A stretch of DNA of 64,000 nucleotides, from positions 160,001 through 224,000 of the forward strand of contig OZ241875.1 of assembly GCA_965203325.1 (NCBI GenBank), read 5' to 3'. The stretch is from a bacterium. GTDB lineage: Bacteria; UBA8248. The notes under the pieces are model-generated. The model had not been told where the DNA came from, did not search any database, and was given only the letters and a program-made list of their open reading frames with translations. This document shows positions 36,952 through 46,542 of the stretch, piece after piece; positions within the stretch are counted from its first letter, which is position 1; each line of letters begins with the position of its first letter. A program made the translations under genes and the position numbers.

Positions 36952-37608
36952 CTAGTCCGCGACGGGCAGTTCGCCGGACGGGCGGCCGGGCAATTCGCCG
37001 GTCTCCAGGATGCTGTCGATGACGTATCGGTATTGTTCCGCAGGCACCGCACCGACCATGACCGCGCGCTCGTTCACGACGACGGAGGGGATGCCCGTTA
37101 TCCCCAAATTCGTGGCCTCCATGTATTCCTTGACGGCCTTTTCCTTCAAACCCCCGCTATCGAGAGCGTCGCGGTATCTGTCCATGTCCAGCCCGCTTTC
37201 CTCGGCCACGTCGCTCACCACATCGGGGTCCGAGATGTTGCGGTTATCCGTGAAGAAGGCGGCCAGAAGGTTGTCGTGGAATTTCTCCCACTCCTCGGGC
37301 CCCTGGAATCTCGCCGCCAGCCCCGCTTCCGCAGACGGCATCGAGCAGTTCGGAAACGCCTCCTCGCTCTCCCACGGGGTGAAATCGCCGGAATCGGTCT
37401 GTGAGTTCGCGTTATTCCAGTGGTTTCTGCGGTAATCGTTGAACACCGCCGTGGGGTCGGGCTCGGGCCTCAGCATGAAAACCCTGTACTGGATGTCTAC
37501 TTTATCGCCGTATTCTTCCTTAATCTTCTTCAGGCGCACGGCCGAGTTGAAGCACCAGGGTCACAAAAAATCGCTGTAAACGGTGAATCGCACAGGGGCG
37601 TTATCCAT
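36952..37608 (-). CDS. DsbA/FrnE-family thiol oxidoreductase, probable selenoprotein (U-P-W-C)
   Basis: MDNAPVRFTVYSDFL-TGA(37563-61)-PWCF reads in frame into the 36952 ORF; GITGIPS cis-Pro loop; AGGAG SD. Confidence 0.88.
37528..37552 (-). promoter_or_regulatory. Putative bacterial SECIS hairpin
   Basis: CUUCA/UGAAG lower stem, ACUC bulge, GGC/GCC upper stem, CGUGC loop starting 21 nt after the UGA. Confidence 0.6.
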
Positions 37609-37664
37609 TCTCTCTCTCCTTTGGCTCCGGGAGGATGCGACGGAGCCGGTTGATGAACGGCAGT

Positions 37665-38552
37665 CTATAGTCTCATGTGCCGCATATGCACTTTCACTTT
37701 CTCGCCGACCCCCGCTTCCAGGAACTGCGCGGCGTTTCCTTCGGGCACGAAGATCTCGAGCCGCGTCCAGCTGTTGAACTGCGCCCCGAGTTCGCCCGCC
37801 TTCACCGCCTGGTAGTATTCGCTCACTCCATTGATCGCGTGGCCGCCGATTTCGATGACCGGCAAATGCGCGGCGTCGTCCTCTCCATACTCGAAACGCC
37901 AGAAAGTCGTGGTGTCGATGTTCGTCACCAGGTTCCCGTAATGATCGACGTATATCACCTCGCCGGTGATGGTGTCGGCGTCCTCGAATTCCACCAAGGG
38001 AAAATCGAAGCGAATCGGGTCGGTGATGACGGAGCCGAAATCCTCGGGCGGAACCCCGCAGGAGAGATGTCCCGCAACGGGTGCGAAGATGTCCCTGCCG
38101 TGGAAGGTGGAACTCACCTCGTTCAGGAAAAATGCGTCTTCTTCGAGTTCTCTCGTCCACATGTAGAGCGGGTCGTCATACACGCAGGAGAACAGGCCGT
38201 TGTCCGGCCCCACGAAATAGTAGTTTTCCGTGGCGGCCATGACTCCCCTCCGGCTGCTGCCCACGCCCGGGTCCACGACCGCCACGTGAATCGTCCCGCG
38301 CGGAAAATAATGCGCCGAGGAATCCAGGATCAACGACGCGGCCTTCACGTCGTACGGCTTGACGGAATGCGAGATGTCGACGATGCGGGCCACCGGGTTT
38401 ACCGCCATCACGACGCCCTTCATCACGCCGACGTAGTGCTCATCGCTGCCGAAATCCGTGAGGAGCGTAACGATCGGCTGCGCGTCGCTTTCCTCTTCGA
38501 AATCGGGCGCGCCCTCGCGAAAAGGATTCGGGCGCGATTGATCGTCCGTCAT
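37665..38552 (-). CDS. SAM hydroxide adenosyltransferase (DUF62; chlorinase/fluorinase family)
   Basis: LLTDFG, VVDPGVGSSRR, GPDNG, STFHGRDIF, DHYGN. Confidence 0.9.
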   Translation of the reverse strand: MTDDQSRPNPFREGAPDFEEESDAQPIVTLLTDFGSDEHYVGVMKGVVMAVNPVARIVDISHSVKPYDVKAASLILDSSAHYFPRGTIHVAVVDPGVGSSRRGVMAATENYYFVGPDNGLFSCVYDDPLYMWTRELEEDAFFLNEVSSTFHGRDIFAPVAGHLSCGVPPEDFGSVITDPIRFDFPLVEFEDADTITGEVIYVDHYGNLVTNIDTTTFWRFEYGEDDAAHLPVIEIGGHAINGVSEYYQAVKAGELGAQFNSWTRLEIFVPEGNAAQFLEAGVGEKVKVHMRHMRL

Positions 38553-39961
38553 GACGCAAACTCTCCCCATAAGGCATCCGACCTTGCGGCGATGCGGGAA
38601 AATCCGTTCTTCTCGGGCAAGGGCGCGAGCCGCATCCGAACCGTCCGGCCTATCCACTCATCGGGGCCGGAGGCCGACACGCGGATGTAATTGTCCGACA
38701 AGCCGGTGAGAAGACCGTCTTCTGAGCGGCGGCTCTCGAACAGCACTTCCGTTTCCCGCCCCGTTTGCGAGGAGACGAACGCCGCCCATTTCCTGCGCCC
38801 CAACTCCTGCAACGCGCGCGCGCGGGCTTTCTGCTCGCCCTTCGGGACCTCTCCCGGCATCTCGATGGCCGCCGTCCCCTCGCGCGGTGAATACGGAAAA
38901 ACGTGCAGATAGGCCAGCGGCGATTCCCGCACCCATTCCATGGTCCGCTCGAACGCCTCTTTACTCTCGCCGGGGAAACCAACGATAAAGTCTCCGCCGA
39001 GGCAGGCCCCGTCAATTTTCTTCGCGATCTCGTCGAACCGGCTCGCGCAGCGCGCGGCGGTGTAGTTGCGTTTCATCGCTCCCAGGGTTTCATCATCTCC
39101 GCTCTGGACGGGTATGTGGAAATGGCGGCAGACATAACTTCCCCCGTTCGAGCGACCAGACCCATATGCCTCGCCCGCCACGACGCGGATGAGTTCGCGC
39201 GTAAATTCCCCCGGTTCCACGGAGGAGAGCCTGAGGCGGAAAGTTCTTTCCATCCCGAGCAACCGGCTCACCAGACGGCTCAGGGTGCTGCGCGGCTTGA
39301 TATCCCTGCCGTACGCGCCGAGGTGAATCCCCGTGAGCACCAGTTCCTCGTGACCGCCCGAAAGCAGCGTGTCGGCGTGCTCCACGCATGAATCCACTTC
39401 AAGAGAGCGGCTCGCTCCGCGCGCGATGGTCGTCGCACAGAAAGAACAAGAGAAGTTGCACCCGTCCTGCACCTTGAGGTAGGCCCGCGTCCGGCTGCCG
39501 AACTGGGGCAGGACGACGCTCTCGATATCAAGACTTTCCTCGATGGGAGAAACCCGCATCTCGGGCTTTTCATCTCTCTCATGGGGCTTCGCCAATTCCT
39601 CGGGAAGATGCAGCTTCTCCGTGTTGCCAAGCAGGAGATCGACTTCCGGGATCAGCATTTTCTCCGCGTTCGCCTGGGCGGAGCATCCCGCGATGACGAC
39701 CCGGGCGTCCGGGCCGCCCATCCGCCGTGCCCGCCGAGCCAGCCGTCTGCCCTCCCGGTCGGCTTCCGCCGTGACCGTGCAACTGTTGACGACGTAGACG
39801 TCCGCCTCCCCGCTGAAAGGAACGAGCTCATATCCGGCTCCGGCGCACAGGTGCTTCATCGCTTCGCCCTCGGCGTGATTGAGCTTGCACCCCAGGTTCG
39901 CCAGGGCGAGACGCAGGGGTCTCGCGCTTGCGCTCGTATCGGCTTTGTTCGACTCGTTCAT
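38549..39961 (-). CDS. mtaB: tRNA t6A37 methylthiotransferase MtaB
   Basis: LGCKLN, NSCTVT, GCSAQ, RTRAYLKVQDGCNFSCSFC, HVFPYSPREGT. Confidence 0.92.
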   Translation of the reverse strand: MNESNKADTSASARPLRLALANLGCKLNHAEGEAMKHLCAGAGYELVPFSGEADVYVVNSCTVTAEADREGRRLARRARRMGGPDARVVIAGCSAQANAEKMLIPEVDLLLGNTEKLHLPEELAKPHERDEKPEMRVSPIEESLDIESVVLPQFGSRTRAYLKVQDGCNFSCSFCATTIARGASRSLEVDSCVEHADTLLSGGHEELVLTGIHLGAYGRDIKPRSTLSRLVSRLLGMERTFRLRLSSVEPGEFTRELIRVVAGEAYGSGRSNGGSYVCRHFHIPVQSGDDETLGAMKRNYTAARCASRFDEIAKKIDGACLGGDFIVGFPGESKEAFERTMEWVRESPLAYLHVFPYSPREGTAAIEMPGEVPKGEQKARARALQELGRRKWAAFVSSQTGRETEVLFESRRSEDGLLTGLSDNYIRVSASGPDEWIGRTVRMRLAPLPEKNGFSRIAARSDALWGEFAS

Positions 39962-40258
39962 GCGGGCTACCTTCAAGTGTTCAAAAATGCTACTTTTACA
40001 GCGAATCTTACGCTTTGCGCAATTTCACCCGCAAGGGCCGTTTCGCTTGACGGGAAAGCGGGGCAGTTGGTAGGGTAGGCTCGCCCGTACGAGAGTGAAA
40101 GTTGTTTGCCGGGCCGGTTCGCCGGAGACGCCGGACGGCCAATTCGCCCAAAGCGTTTTCCTTGGTCCCTTCCGTCGGGTATGATTCGGCTTCGTTTCAG
40201 TTTTCATTGCAGGCGTGGATTGATTCTATTTCAGACGATTTGAGGAGAGTTTCCGTTT

Positions 40259-41125
40259 ATGCGTGGTTTTGACTTCGTGGCGCCGACGACCATATCGGCC
40301 ACACTAAAAGCGGCAAAAGGCAGAAATACAAAGTTCATCGCCGGAGGAACCAATTTCCTGCCCGATCTCAGGCACCAGCACGACGGCCCCGCGAAAGTCG
40401 TCATCGACCTGATGAGAGTCTCCGCGCTACAGGGGATTTCCTCATCGAAGGGCCAGATCAAGCTGGGCGCCCTCGCAACGATGACGGATTTTTTGACGAA
40501 TAAAATCATTCTCAAGGAAGCGCCGATTCTGGCGGCGATGTCGGAGAAATTCGCAGGCCCGATCATCCGCAACCGCGCCACGGTGGCAGGCAACATCATC
40601 GACGGCGGCCCGGCGGCGGACGCCGTTCCTCCCCTGCTCGCCCTGAAGGCGAAGGTGAGGCTCGCCAGCGAAAAAGGCAGAAGGACGGTCGATCTGGATA
40701 AATTCCTCACCGGATACCGGCAAACAGCCATCCGGTCCGATGAGCTGATCACCGCCGTGACCTTCCCCTCCCCCGGCAGGAACCACAAATGGGGGTATTA
40801 CAAACTCGCCCGCAGAAACGCCATGGCCATCACGGTAGTGGGCGTAGCGGTCGTGCTGAAGGTGAGGCGCAAGAAGGTGGAGGAGGCCGGCATTTCGCTG
40901 GGCTCCGTGACGGCGGCCCCGATCCGTTGCTATGAGGCCGAGAAAATTCTCGAAGGCAACGTGGTGGACCTCGAACTGGCCCAAAAGGCGGCGGAAGCCT
41001 GCGCCGCCGTGGCGACGCCCATTGACGACATTCGCGCATCGGCTGAATACCGCAAGCTGATGTGCGAAGTACTGCCGCGTCGCCTCATCTGCCAGGCGCT
41101 GGATATTTCACAGGACAACGATTAA
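40259..41125 (+). CDS. coxM: Molybdenum hydroxylase FAD-binding medium subunit (CoxM/CutM-like)
   Basis: IAGGTN, IRNRATVAGN, DDIRASAEYR. Confidence 0.85.
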   Translation: MRGFDFVAPTTISATLKAAKGRNTKFIAGGTNFLPDLRHQHDGPAKVVIDLMRVSALQGISSSKGQIKLGALATMTDFLTNKIILKEAPILAAMSEKFAGPIIRNRATVAGNIIDGGPAADAVPPLLALKAKVRLASEKGRRTVDLDKFLTGYRQTAIRSDELITAVTFPSPGRNHKWGYYKLARRNAMAITVVGVAVVLKVRRKKVEEAGISLGSVTAAPIRCYEAEKILEGNVVDLELAQKAAEACAAVATPIDDIRASAEYRKLMCEVLPRRLICQALDISQDND

Positions 41126-41169
41126 AGACTTCATCGTCTCTTGCGTATTTCATTGGAGAATCCTTGAAG

Positions 41170-41718
41170 ATGGCTACAGCGAGCAAATCGAAACGAACCG
41201 GAAAATCGAGCGCACCCGCATACGTGCCTCCCAAGAAGCTGCCCATTTCCTTCACCGTGAACGGCCAGGAAGTCAACGCCGAAGCGCCCGCGCACACCAG
41301 TTTGCTGTATCTGCTGCGCGACCTGGGCTTCACCGAGGTGAAAAACGGCTGCGAAGCGGGCGATTGCGGCGCGTGCACGATTCTTCTGGATGGTCTGGCG
41401 ATGAACGCATGCTGCGCGCTCGGCGTCCAGGCGGAAGGACGTGAGATCACCACCGTCAAAGGCATCGGGACGGTGGACAACCTCCATCCGATACAGGTGA
41501 AATTCATCGAGCACGGCGCCATTCAGTGCGGCTTCTGCACGCCCGGAATGATAGTCGCCGCCAAGGAATTGCTCGACGACAACCCGAACCCCAGCCGACA
41601 TGAAATCAAGGCCGGCATCGCGGGCAACCTTTGCCGCTGCACCGGCTACGTGAAGATCATCGACGCTATCGAGGCCGCGGCTGAAGAACTTTCCTCGAAG
41701 AAAGGAAAAAGGAAATAA
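41170..41718 (+). CDS. coxS: Molybdenum hydroxylase 2x[2Fe-2S] small subunit (CoxS-like)
   Basis: GCEAGDCGAC, QCGFCTPG, GNLCRCTGY. Confidence 0.9.
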   Translation: MATASKSKRTGKSSAPAYVPPKKLPISFTVNGQEVNAEAPAHTSLLYLLRDLGFTEVKNGCEAGDCGACTILLDGLAMNACCALGVQAEGREITTVKGIGTVDNLHPIQVKFIEHGAIQCGFCTPGMIVAAKELLDDNPNPSRHEIKAGIAGNLCRCTGYVKIIDAIEAAAEELSSKKGKRK

Positions 41719-41720
41719 AC

Positions 41721-42665
41721 GTGACTGCCTCATCGAATTCCACCAAAAAGAAAAAAAGTTCCGGGCAGGGATTCAAGGACGTAGACGACGTTCAGGAATC
41801 GTTCCGGAATCTCGACTACATCTCCGACCGCACCCTGGCGACCACTCTCTTCCTGGCCACGAAACTGGAAAAACCCCTCTTCCTCGAAGGAGAGGCGGGC
41901 GTAGGAAAGACGGAACTCGCCAAGGTGCTTGCCAGCGCGATGGATACCGAGCTCATCCGCCTGCAATGCTACGAGGGTCTCGACGCGAACTCGGCTCTTT
42001 ATGAGTGGAACTACGCGAAGCAACTCCTCCACATCAAGATGGAGGAAGGCAGGGATTCGGACGCGAAGCAGATCGAGCGGGACATCTTCAGCGAGCAATA
42101 CCTGATTGAACGTCCCCTTCTTCGCGCGCTGTTGCGCTCGAAAGAAAAGCCGGTTGTCCTGCTCATCGACGAAATCGACCGCTCCGATGAAGAATTCGAG
42201 GCGTTCCTGCTGGAAATCCTCTCCGACTACCAGATCACGATTCCCGAGATGGGAACCGTCCAGGCGGCCAGCAGACCCCTGGTGGTGCTCACCAGCAACC
42301 GGACCCGCGAGATCCACGACGCCCTCAAGCGCCGCTGTCTGTATCTGTGGGTCGACTATCCCTCCTTCGAGAAAGAAGTGGAGATCATCACGACCAAGGT
42401 GCCCGGGGTCAGCGATCGGCTGGCGGAGCAAATTTCGCGCTTCATGACCCAGGCGAGGCAAATGGATTTCTACAAGCGCCCCGGCGTGGCCGAATCCCTC
42501 GATTGGGCGCAGGCGCTCCTCGCACTGCACCGCAATGAATTAGACGCCGACGCCGTGCGTGAGACCATCGGCTGCATCCTGAAATACCAGGACGACATCA
42601 AGCGCGTGGAGAGTGACGGTCTCGACAGCATGGTGGCGACGGCGCAGCTTGCGCCCGACGCCTGA
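41721..42665 (+). CDS. coxD: MoxR-family AAA+ ATPase CoxD
   Basis: LEGEAGVGKT, RLQCYEG, YEWNYAKQLL, LLIDEIDR, LKRRC. Confidence 0.9.
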   Translation: MTASSNSTKKKKSSGQGFKDVDDVQESFRNLDYISDRTLATTLFLATKLEKPLFLEGEAGVGKTELAKVLASAMDTELIRLQCYEGLDANSALYEWNYAKQLLHIKMEEGRDSDAKQIERDIFSEQYLIERPLLRALLRSKEKPVVLLIDEIDRSDEEFEAFLLEILSDYQITIPEMGTVQAASRPLVVLTSNRTREIHDALKRRCLYLWVDYPSFEKEVEIITTKVPGVSDRLAEQISRFMTQARQMDFYKRPGVAESLDWAQALLALHRNELDADAVRETIGCILKYQDDIKRVESDGLDSMVATAQLAPDA

Positions 42666-42679
42666 TCCGGACAAACTTC

Positions 42680-43945
42680 ATGGCAACTTCCATTCGCCCC
42701 ATCGTTCAGGGCACCCTGCCCAAGCGCAGGATTCGCGTAAAAGGCCGGGGCCTCAAAGGCGAGATGATCGGCTTTTGCCGCATCCTCAGGCGCGCGGGTC
42801 TCAAGATAACCTCGGGCCGCATCATCGACGTCTTCCGCTGCTTCGATTCGCTCGACGCCACGAATCTCGACAACATCTACGTCGCCAGCAAGTCGAATCT
42901 CATCTCGAGCCAGGACGAGAGCATGATTTTCGACGCCGTGTTCCGGCAGTACTGGTTCGATGAGGAAGGAAATCCTTACTCGGGCGATGAATCGGTGCAG
43001 GTCGACACGCAGTTCGAGGAAGAGGGCGAAGGCCAGGCCAGCGAAGGGGGCGGCTCTTCGGAAGAAGGCGAGTCGGACGCCGAGGGCGAGGGGCAGGAAA
43101 ACCCCGGTCTTCCATCGGAAGACGACGTCGAAAGCGCCGCCGAACCCGGCGAGCAGGGAGACGACGACGAGGGCGTGCCCTCCTACAGCCCCGCCGAAGT
43201 CATATCGGACAAGGATTTCTCTTCGCTGAACATGGATCAGGTCGCCGAACTCAGGCGCCTCATCGCGAAGCTCGTTCCCAAGCTCGCCACCAAAATCAGC
43301 CGCCGCAAGCGGCCCGACATGCGCTCCCCCGAAATCGACATGAGGCGCAGCGTCAAGAGAAGCGTCCGCTCGGGCGGCGAGGTGCTAAAGCTCTTCCGCC
43401 GGAGGAGAAAGATACAAAAAACCCAGATCGTGCTCATCTGCGACGTATCGGGCTCGATGGACAGCTACAGCCAGTTTCTGATTCAATTCCTCTACAGCCT
43501 GCAGAACGAGATCAAATCGCTGCGCACGTTCGTCTTCAGCACGCGCCTTTCGGACGCCACGCCGTATCTGCGCCACAAGGACGTCAACACCGCTCTCAAG
43601 CGCCTATCCATGGAGGTGCACGACTGGAGCGGCGGTACGCAGATCGGCAACTGCCTCAAAACTTTTAATTACGAATACGGCAGGACCATCCTGAACAGCC
43701 GCACCATCGTCATCATCATATCGGACGGCTGGGACCGGGGCGATACGGATACGCTGGCGGAGGAAATGAACCGGCTCAAGAAAATCTGCTACAAGCTCTT
43801 CTGGCTCAATCCCTTGCTGGGCAGCCCCGGCTACCGCCCGATCGACAGGGGAATGCGAACGGCCCTGCCCTACTGCGATGAATTTCTGGCGGCCCACAAC
43901 CTCGACAGCCTGATCGACATGACGAACAAGATCGCGCGCATATAA
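42680..43945 (+). CDS. coxE: VWA domain protein CoxE
   Basis: CDVSGSM, FSTRL, WSGGTQIG, SDGWD, WLNPLLG, AHNL. Confidence 0.9.
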   Translation: MATSIRPIVQGTLPKRRIRVKGRGLKGEMIGFCRILRRAGLKITSGRIIDVFRCFDSLDATNLDNIYVASKSNLISSQDESMIFDAVFRQYWFDEEGNPYSGDESVQVDTQFEEEGEGQASEGGGSSEEGESDAEGEGQENPGLPSEDDVESAAEPGEQGDDDEGVPSYSPAEVISDKDFSSLNMDQVAELRRLIAKLVPKLATKISRRKRPDMRSPEIDMRRSVKRSVRSGGEVLKLFRRRRKIQKTQIVLICDVSGSMDSYSQFLIQFLYSLQNEIKSLRTFVFSTRLSDATPYLRHKDVNTALKRLSMEVHDWSGGTQIGNCLKTFNYEYGRTILNSRTIVIIISDGWDRGDTDTLAEEMNRLKKICYKLFWLNPLLGSPGYRPIDRGMRTALPYCDEFLAAHNLDSLIDMTNKIARI

Positions 43946-44026
43946 CAACTCCTCTTTTCTTCTCACCTCATCTGGCTGTATAAACTGCACTTTTAATTGG
44001 CCCCCTATCGTGGGCAGGGAAAGAAA

Positions 44027-44689
44027 TTGGCGAATCTACTGATTTACACGGCGGACAACGGATTCGCGGACGCGCTCGGACGCGCCCTGCGGCGAGAGGG
44101 CCATTTCTGCAAAATGGTGCAGGACGAAACCACGGCCTTACAGGAAGTGCGCGCCAGGGGCCTGGCCCTCATCCTGCTCGATGACGCCCCCGCCCTGCCC
44201 AAGGTCGAGGAAATGCGGAACTGGACCACGCTGCCGATCCTTCTGCTCCTCGAGCCGGACCGCCTCGCCGTCGTTCGCACACCCACCGAAGCCGATGACA
44301 TTCTCGTAAAACCCGTCCGGGAAGAAGAGCTTTTATACCGCGTCCGAAATCTATGCCATCCCTCGGGCCAGGATTCAGAAGGTGCGCGCACCCTCAAGAG
44401 CAAGGGATTGACGCTCGATGAAAGCCGCTACGAAATCAGGCTCGACGGCGAGTTGATTGACCTGACGTACCGGGAATTCGAGCTTTTGAAGCACCTGATC
44501 AACAACCCCGAGCGCGTCTTCGACAGGGAACAGCTTCTGAACCTCGTCTGGGGAATCGACTACCTCGGAGGACCCCGGACGGTCGACGTTCACGTTCGCC
44601 GCATTCGCTCAAAAATCGAGGTCAGGGGATATTCGTTTATTTCGACGGTGCGGGGAGTCGGGTACAAGTTTATCGGAGAATCTTCGTGA
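44027..44689 (+). CDS. OmpR-family regulator with atypical receiver domain, GlnR-like
   Basis: DLTYREFELL...VWGIDYLGGPRTVDVHVRR; degenerate receiver; no adjacent kinase; TTG start. Confidence 0.85.
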   Translation: MANLLIYTADNGFADALGRALRREGHFCKMVQDETTALQEVRARGLALILLDDAPALPKVEEMRNWTTLPILLLLEPDRLAVVRTPTEADDILVKPVREEELLYRVRNLCHPSGQDSEGARTLKSKGLTLDESRYEIRLDGELIDLTYREFELLKHLINNPERVFDREQLLNLVWGIDYLGGPRTVDVHVRRIRSKIEVRGYSFISTVRGVGYKFIGESS

Positions 44690-44736
44690 CGCCTGATATC
44701 CTGCATTTCTTCGGAACGATGAAAAACCGGCGGCAC

Positions 44737-44763
44737 GAAACCGGCGCGAAACATTCACGATAT
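44737..44763 (+). promoter_or_regulatory. Putative GlnR-type direct-repeat site upstream of glnA
   Basis: GAAAC-n6-GAAAC-n6-GATAT (11-bp period), running into a possible -10 (TAGGCT, 44763-68). Confidence 0.45.
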
Positions 44764-44810
44764 AGGCTGATTGTCCTTGTCGGGAACACCGGCTTTTACT
44801 GGAGTTCATA

Positions 44811-46157
44811 ATGCCTGACGCATTTGATGATAAAGACCGCGATTTCGTAATCAACCAGGCCCGCGAACTCGGCGTGCGTTTCATCCGCATGTGGTTCACC
44901 GACATCCTGGGCTTCCTCAAGAGTTTCGCCATCACCATAGAAGAGCTCGAAAACGCGCTCTACGAGGGACATCTTTTCGATGGGGCCGCCATAGAGGGCT
45001 TCGCGCGCATCGAGGAGAGCGACATGTTCGCCCACCCCGATCCGACGACGTTCTGCGTGCTGCCCTGGCGTCCGCAGGACGGCGGGGCCGTCGCGAGAAT
45101 GTTCTGCGACATCAAGGACCCGGACGGCAACCCCTACGAGAGCGACCCGCGATACGTGCTCAGACGAACGCTCCAGAGTGCGGCAAAAAAGGGATTTACG
45201 TTTTATGCGGGCGTGGAATACGAGCACTACTACTTCAAGTCCCCTGAACTGCCGATCGAAACGCTCGACCAGGGCGGGTACTTCGACCTCACGCCCCTCG
45301 ACATCGCAAGCGACCTGAGGCGCGAGACCGTTCTGAACCTCGAAAAAATGGGGATCGGGGTCGAATACAGCCATCACGAAGTCGGGCCCAGCCAGCACGA
45401 AATCGATTTGCGCTATGGCGATGCGCTCACCATGGCGGACAACGCGATGACCTATCGGCTCGTCGTCAAGGAAGTCGCCATGCGGCACGGCGTCTACGCC
45501 ACTTTCATGCCGAAACCCTTGTCCGAAGAAAACGGAAACGGCATGCACACCCACCTCTCCCTGTTCCAGGGTTCGGAAAACGCATTCCACGACCCGGAAA
45601 AGCCCGGCGGCCTTTCGGATACGTGCCAGGCGTTCATCGCCGGCCTGTTGAAATACGTGCCCGAGATGACGCTCGTCCTCAACCAATGGGTGAACAGCTA
45701 CAAACGACTCGTGCCCGGTTTCGAGGCGCCCGCCTACGTTACGTGGGCGCACAAGAGCCGCAGCGATCTGATCCGCATCCCCAGCACGCGCAAGGGCATG
45801 GAATCCGACACGCGAATCGAGTTGCGCTCGCCGGATTCGGCGTGCAATCCCTATCTGGCGTTCGCCTGCATGCTGGCGGCCGGAATGGCGGGAATCGAAG
45901 AGGGCCTGACCCCGGCCCCTGCAGTAGAAGAGAACGTGTTCGAGATGAGCGAGGAGAGCCGCAAAAAACAAGGCATCAAAAGCCTGCCTGGGAACCTGCG
46001 GGAGGCCACGATGCTGGCCGAGCAGAGTGATTTCCTGAAAGGCGTGTTCGGAAACCAGTTGTTCGATAAATTCATCGAGAACAAAAAACTCGAATGGGCG
46101 CCCTACCGCGCCCACGTCTCGGATTTCGAACTCAACAAATATCTCTCGATTCTCTAA
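44811..46157 (+). CDS. glnA: Glutamine synthetase type I (short GSI-alpha / GlnA2-like form)
   Basis: FTDILG, FDGAAIEGF, HHEV, FMPKP, NGNGMHTH, SYKRLVPGFEAP, RIELRSPD. Confidence 0.93.
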   Translation: MPDAFDDKDRDFVINQARELGVRFIRMWFTDILGFLKSFAITIEELENALYEGHLFDGAAIEGFARIEESDMFAHPDPTTFCVLPWRPQDGGAVARMFCDIKDPDGNPYESDPRYVLRRTLQSAAKKGFTFYAGVEYEHYYFKSPELPIETLDQGGYFDLTPLDIASDLRRETVLNLEKMGIGVEYSHHEVGPSQHEIDLRYGDALTMADNAMTYRLVVKEVAMRHGVYATFMPKPLSEENGNGMHTHLSLFQGSENAFHDPEKPGGLSDTCQAFIAGLLKYVPEMTLVLNQWVNSYKRLVPGFEAPAYVTWAHKSRSDLIRIPSTRKGMESDTRIELRSPDSACNPYLAFACMLAAGMAGIEEGLTPAPAVEENVFEMSEESRKKQGIKSLPGNLREATMLAEQSDFLKGVFGNQLFDKFIENKKLEWAPYRAHVSDFELNKYLSIL

Positions 46158-46202
46158 AGGCAGCCTTCCCTCTCAAAAAATGAAGCGAGGAAATATGGCG
46201 CG

Positions 46203-46532
46203 CTAGTCGGCGCAACTCTCCGCCAGCCATTCGAGATAAGACACGCTGCCCTTGTCGACCGCTATGGCCAGCACTTCGGGCACGTCGTAGCTGTGGATTT
46301 GCGCCAGGTGACCGGAGAGGGCCCCCAATTTATCCTGCGTGGTCTTCATGATGAGCAGGACTTCCGCATCATCCTGAACCTCTCCCTCCCATCGGTAGAG
46401 GCTGCGGATTTTCGGGACCAGATTCACGCAGGCGCACAGCTTGCGCTCGATCAATGATTTCGCAATCTGAGCGCCCTCCTCTTCGGAACCTGCCGTGCTC
46501 AACACGATCCGGAACGCCCGCCCATCCTTCAC
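46203..46532 (-). CDS. cutA: Divalent-cation tolerance protein CutA
   Basis: LCACVN, SLYRWEG, HSYDVPE, YLEW. Confidence 0.93.
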   Translation of the reverse strand: MKDGRAFRIVLSTAGSEEEGAQIAKSLIERKLCACVNLVPKIRSLYRWEGEVQDDAEVLLIMKTTQDKLGALSGHLAQIHSYDVPEVLAIAVDKGSVSYLEWLAESCAD

Positions 46533-46542
46533 TGCCTTCTCC

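Noticed and set aside
37561..37563. TGA as a simple nonsense mutation (dsbA pseudogene)
   Set aside because: It sits exactly at the catalytic Cys, is followed by a SECIS-like hairpin, and the gene shows no other decay; not fully excluded without seeing sel genes.
37665..38552. Halogenase (fluorinase or chlorinase)
   Set aside because: DPGVG..R and TFHGRD give the Asp-Arg-His triad of DUF62 SAM hydrolases; housekeeping context.
40080..40258. Moco riboswitch in the coxM leader
   Set aside because: GC-rich stems are possible but I could not match the consensus; an Infernal/Rfam scan would decide.
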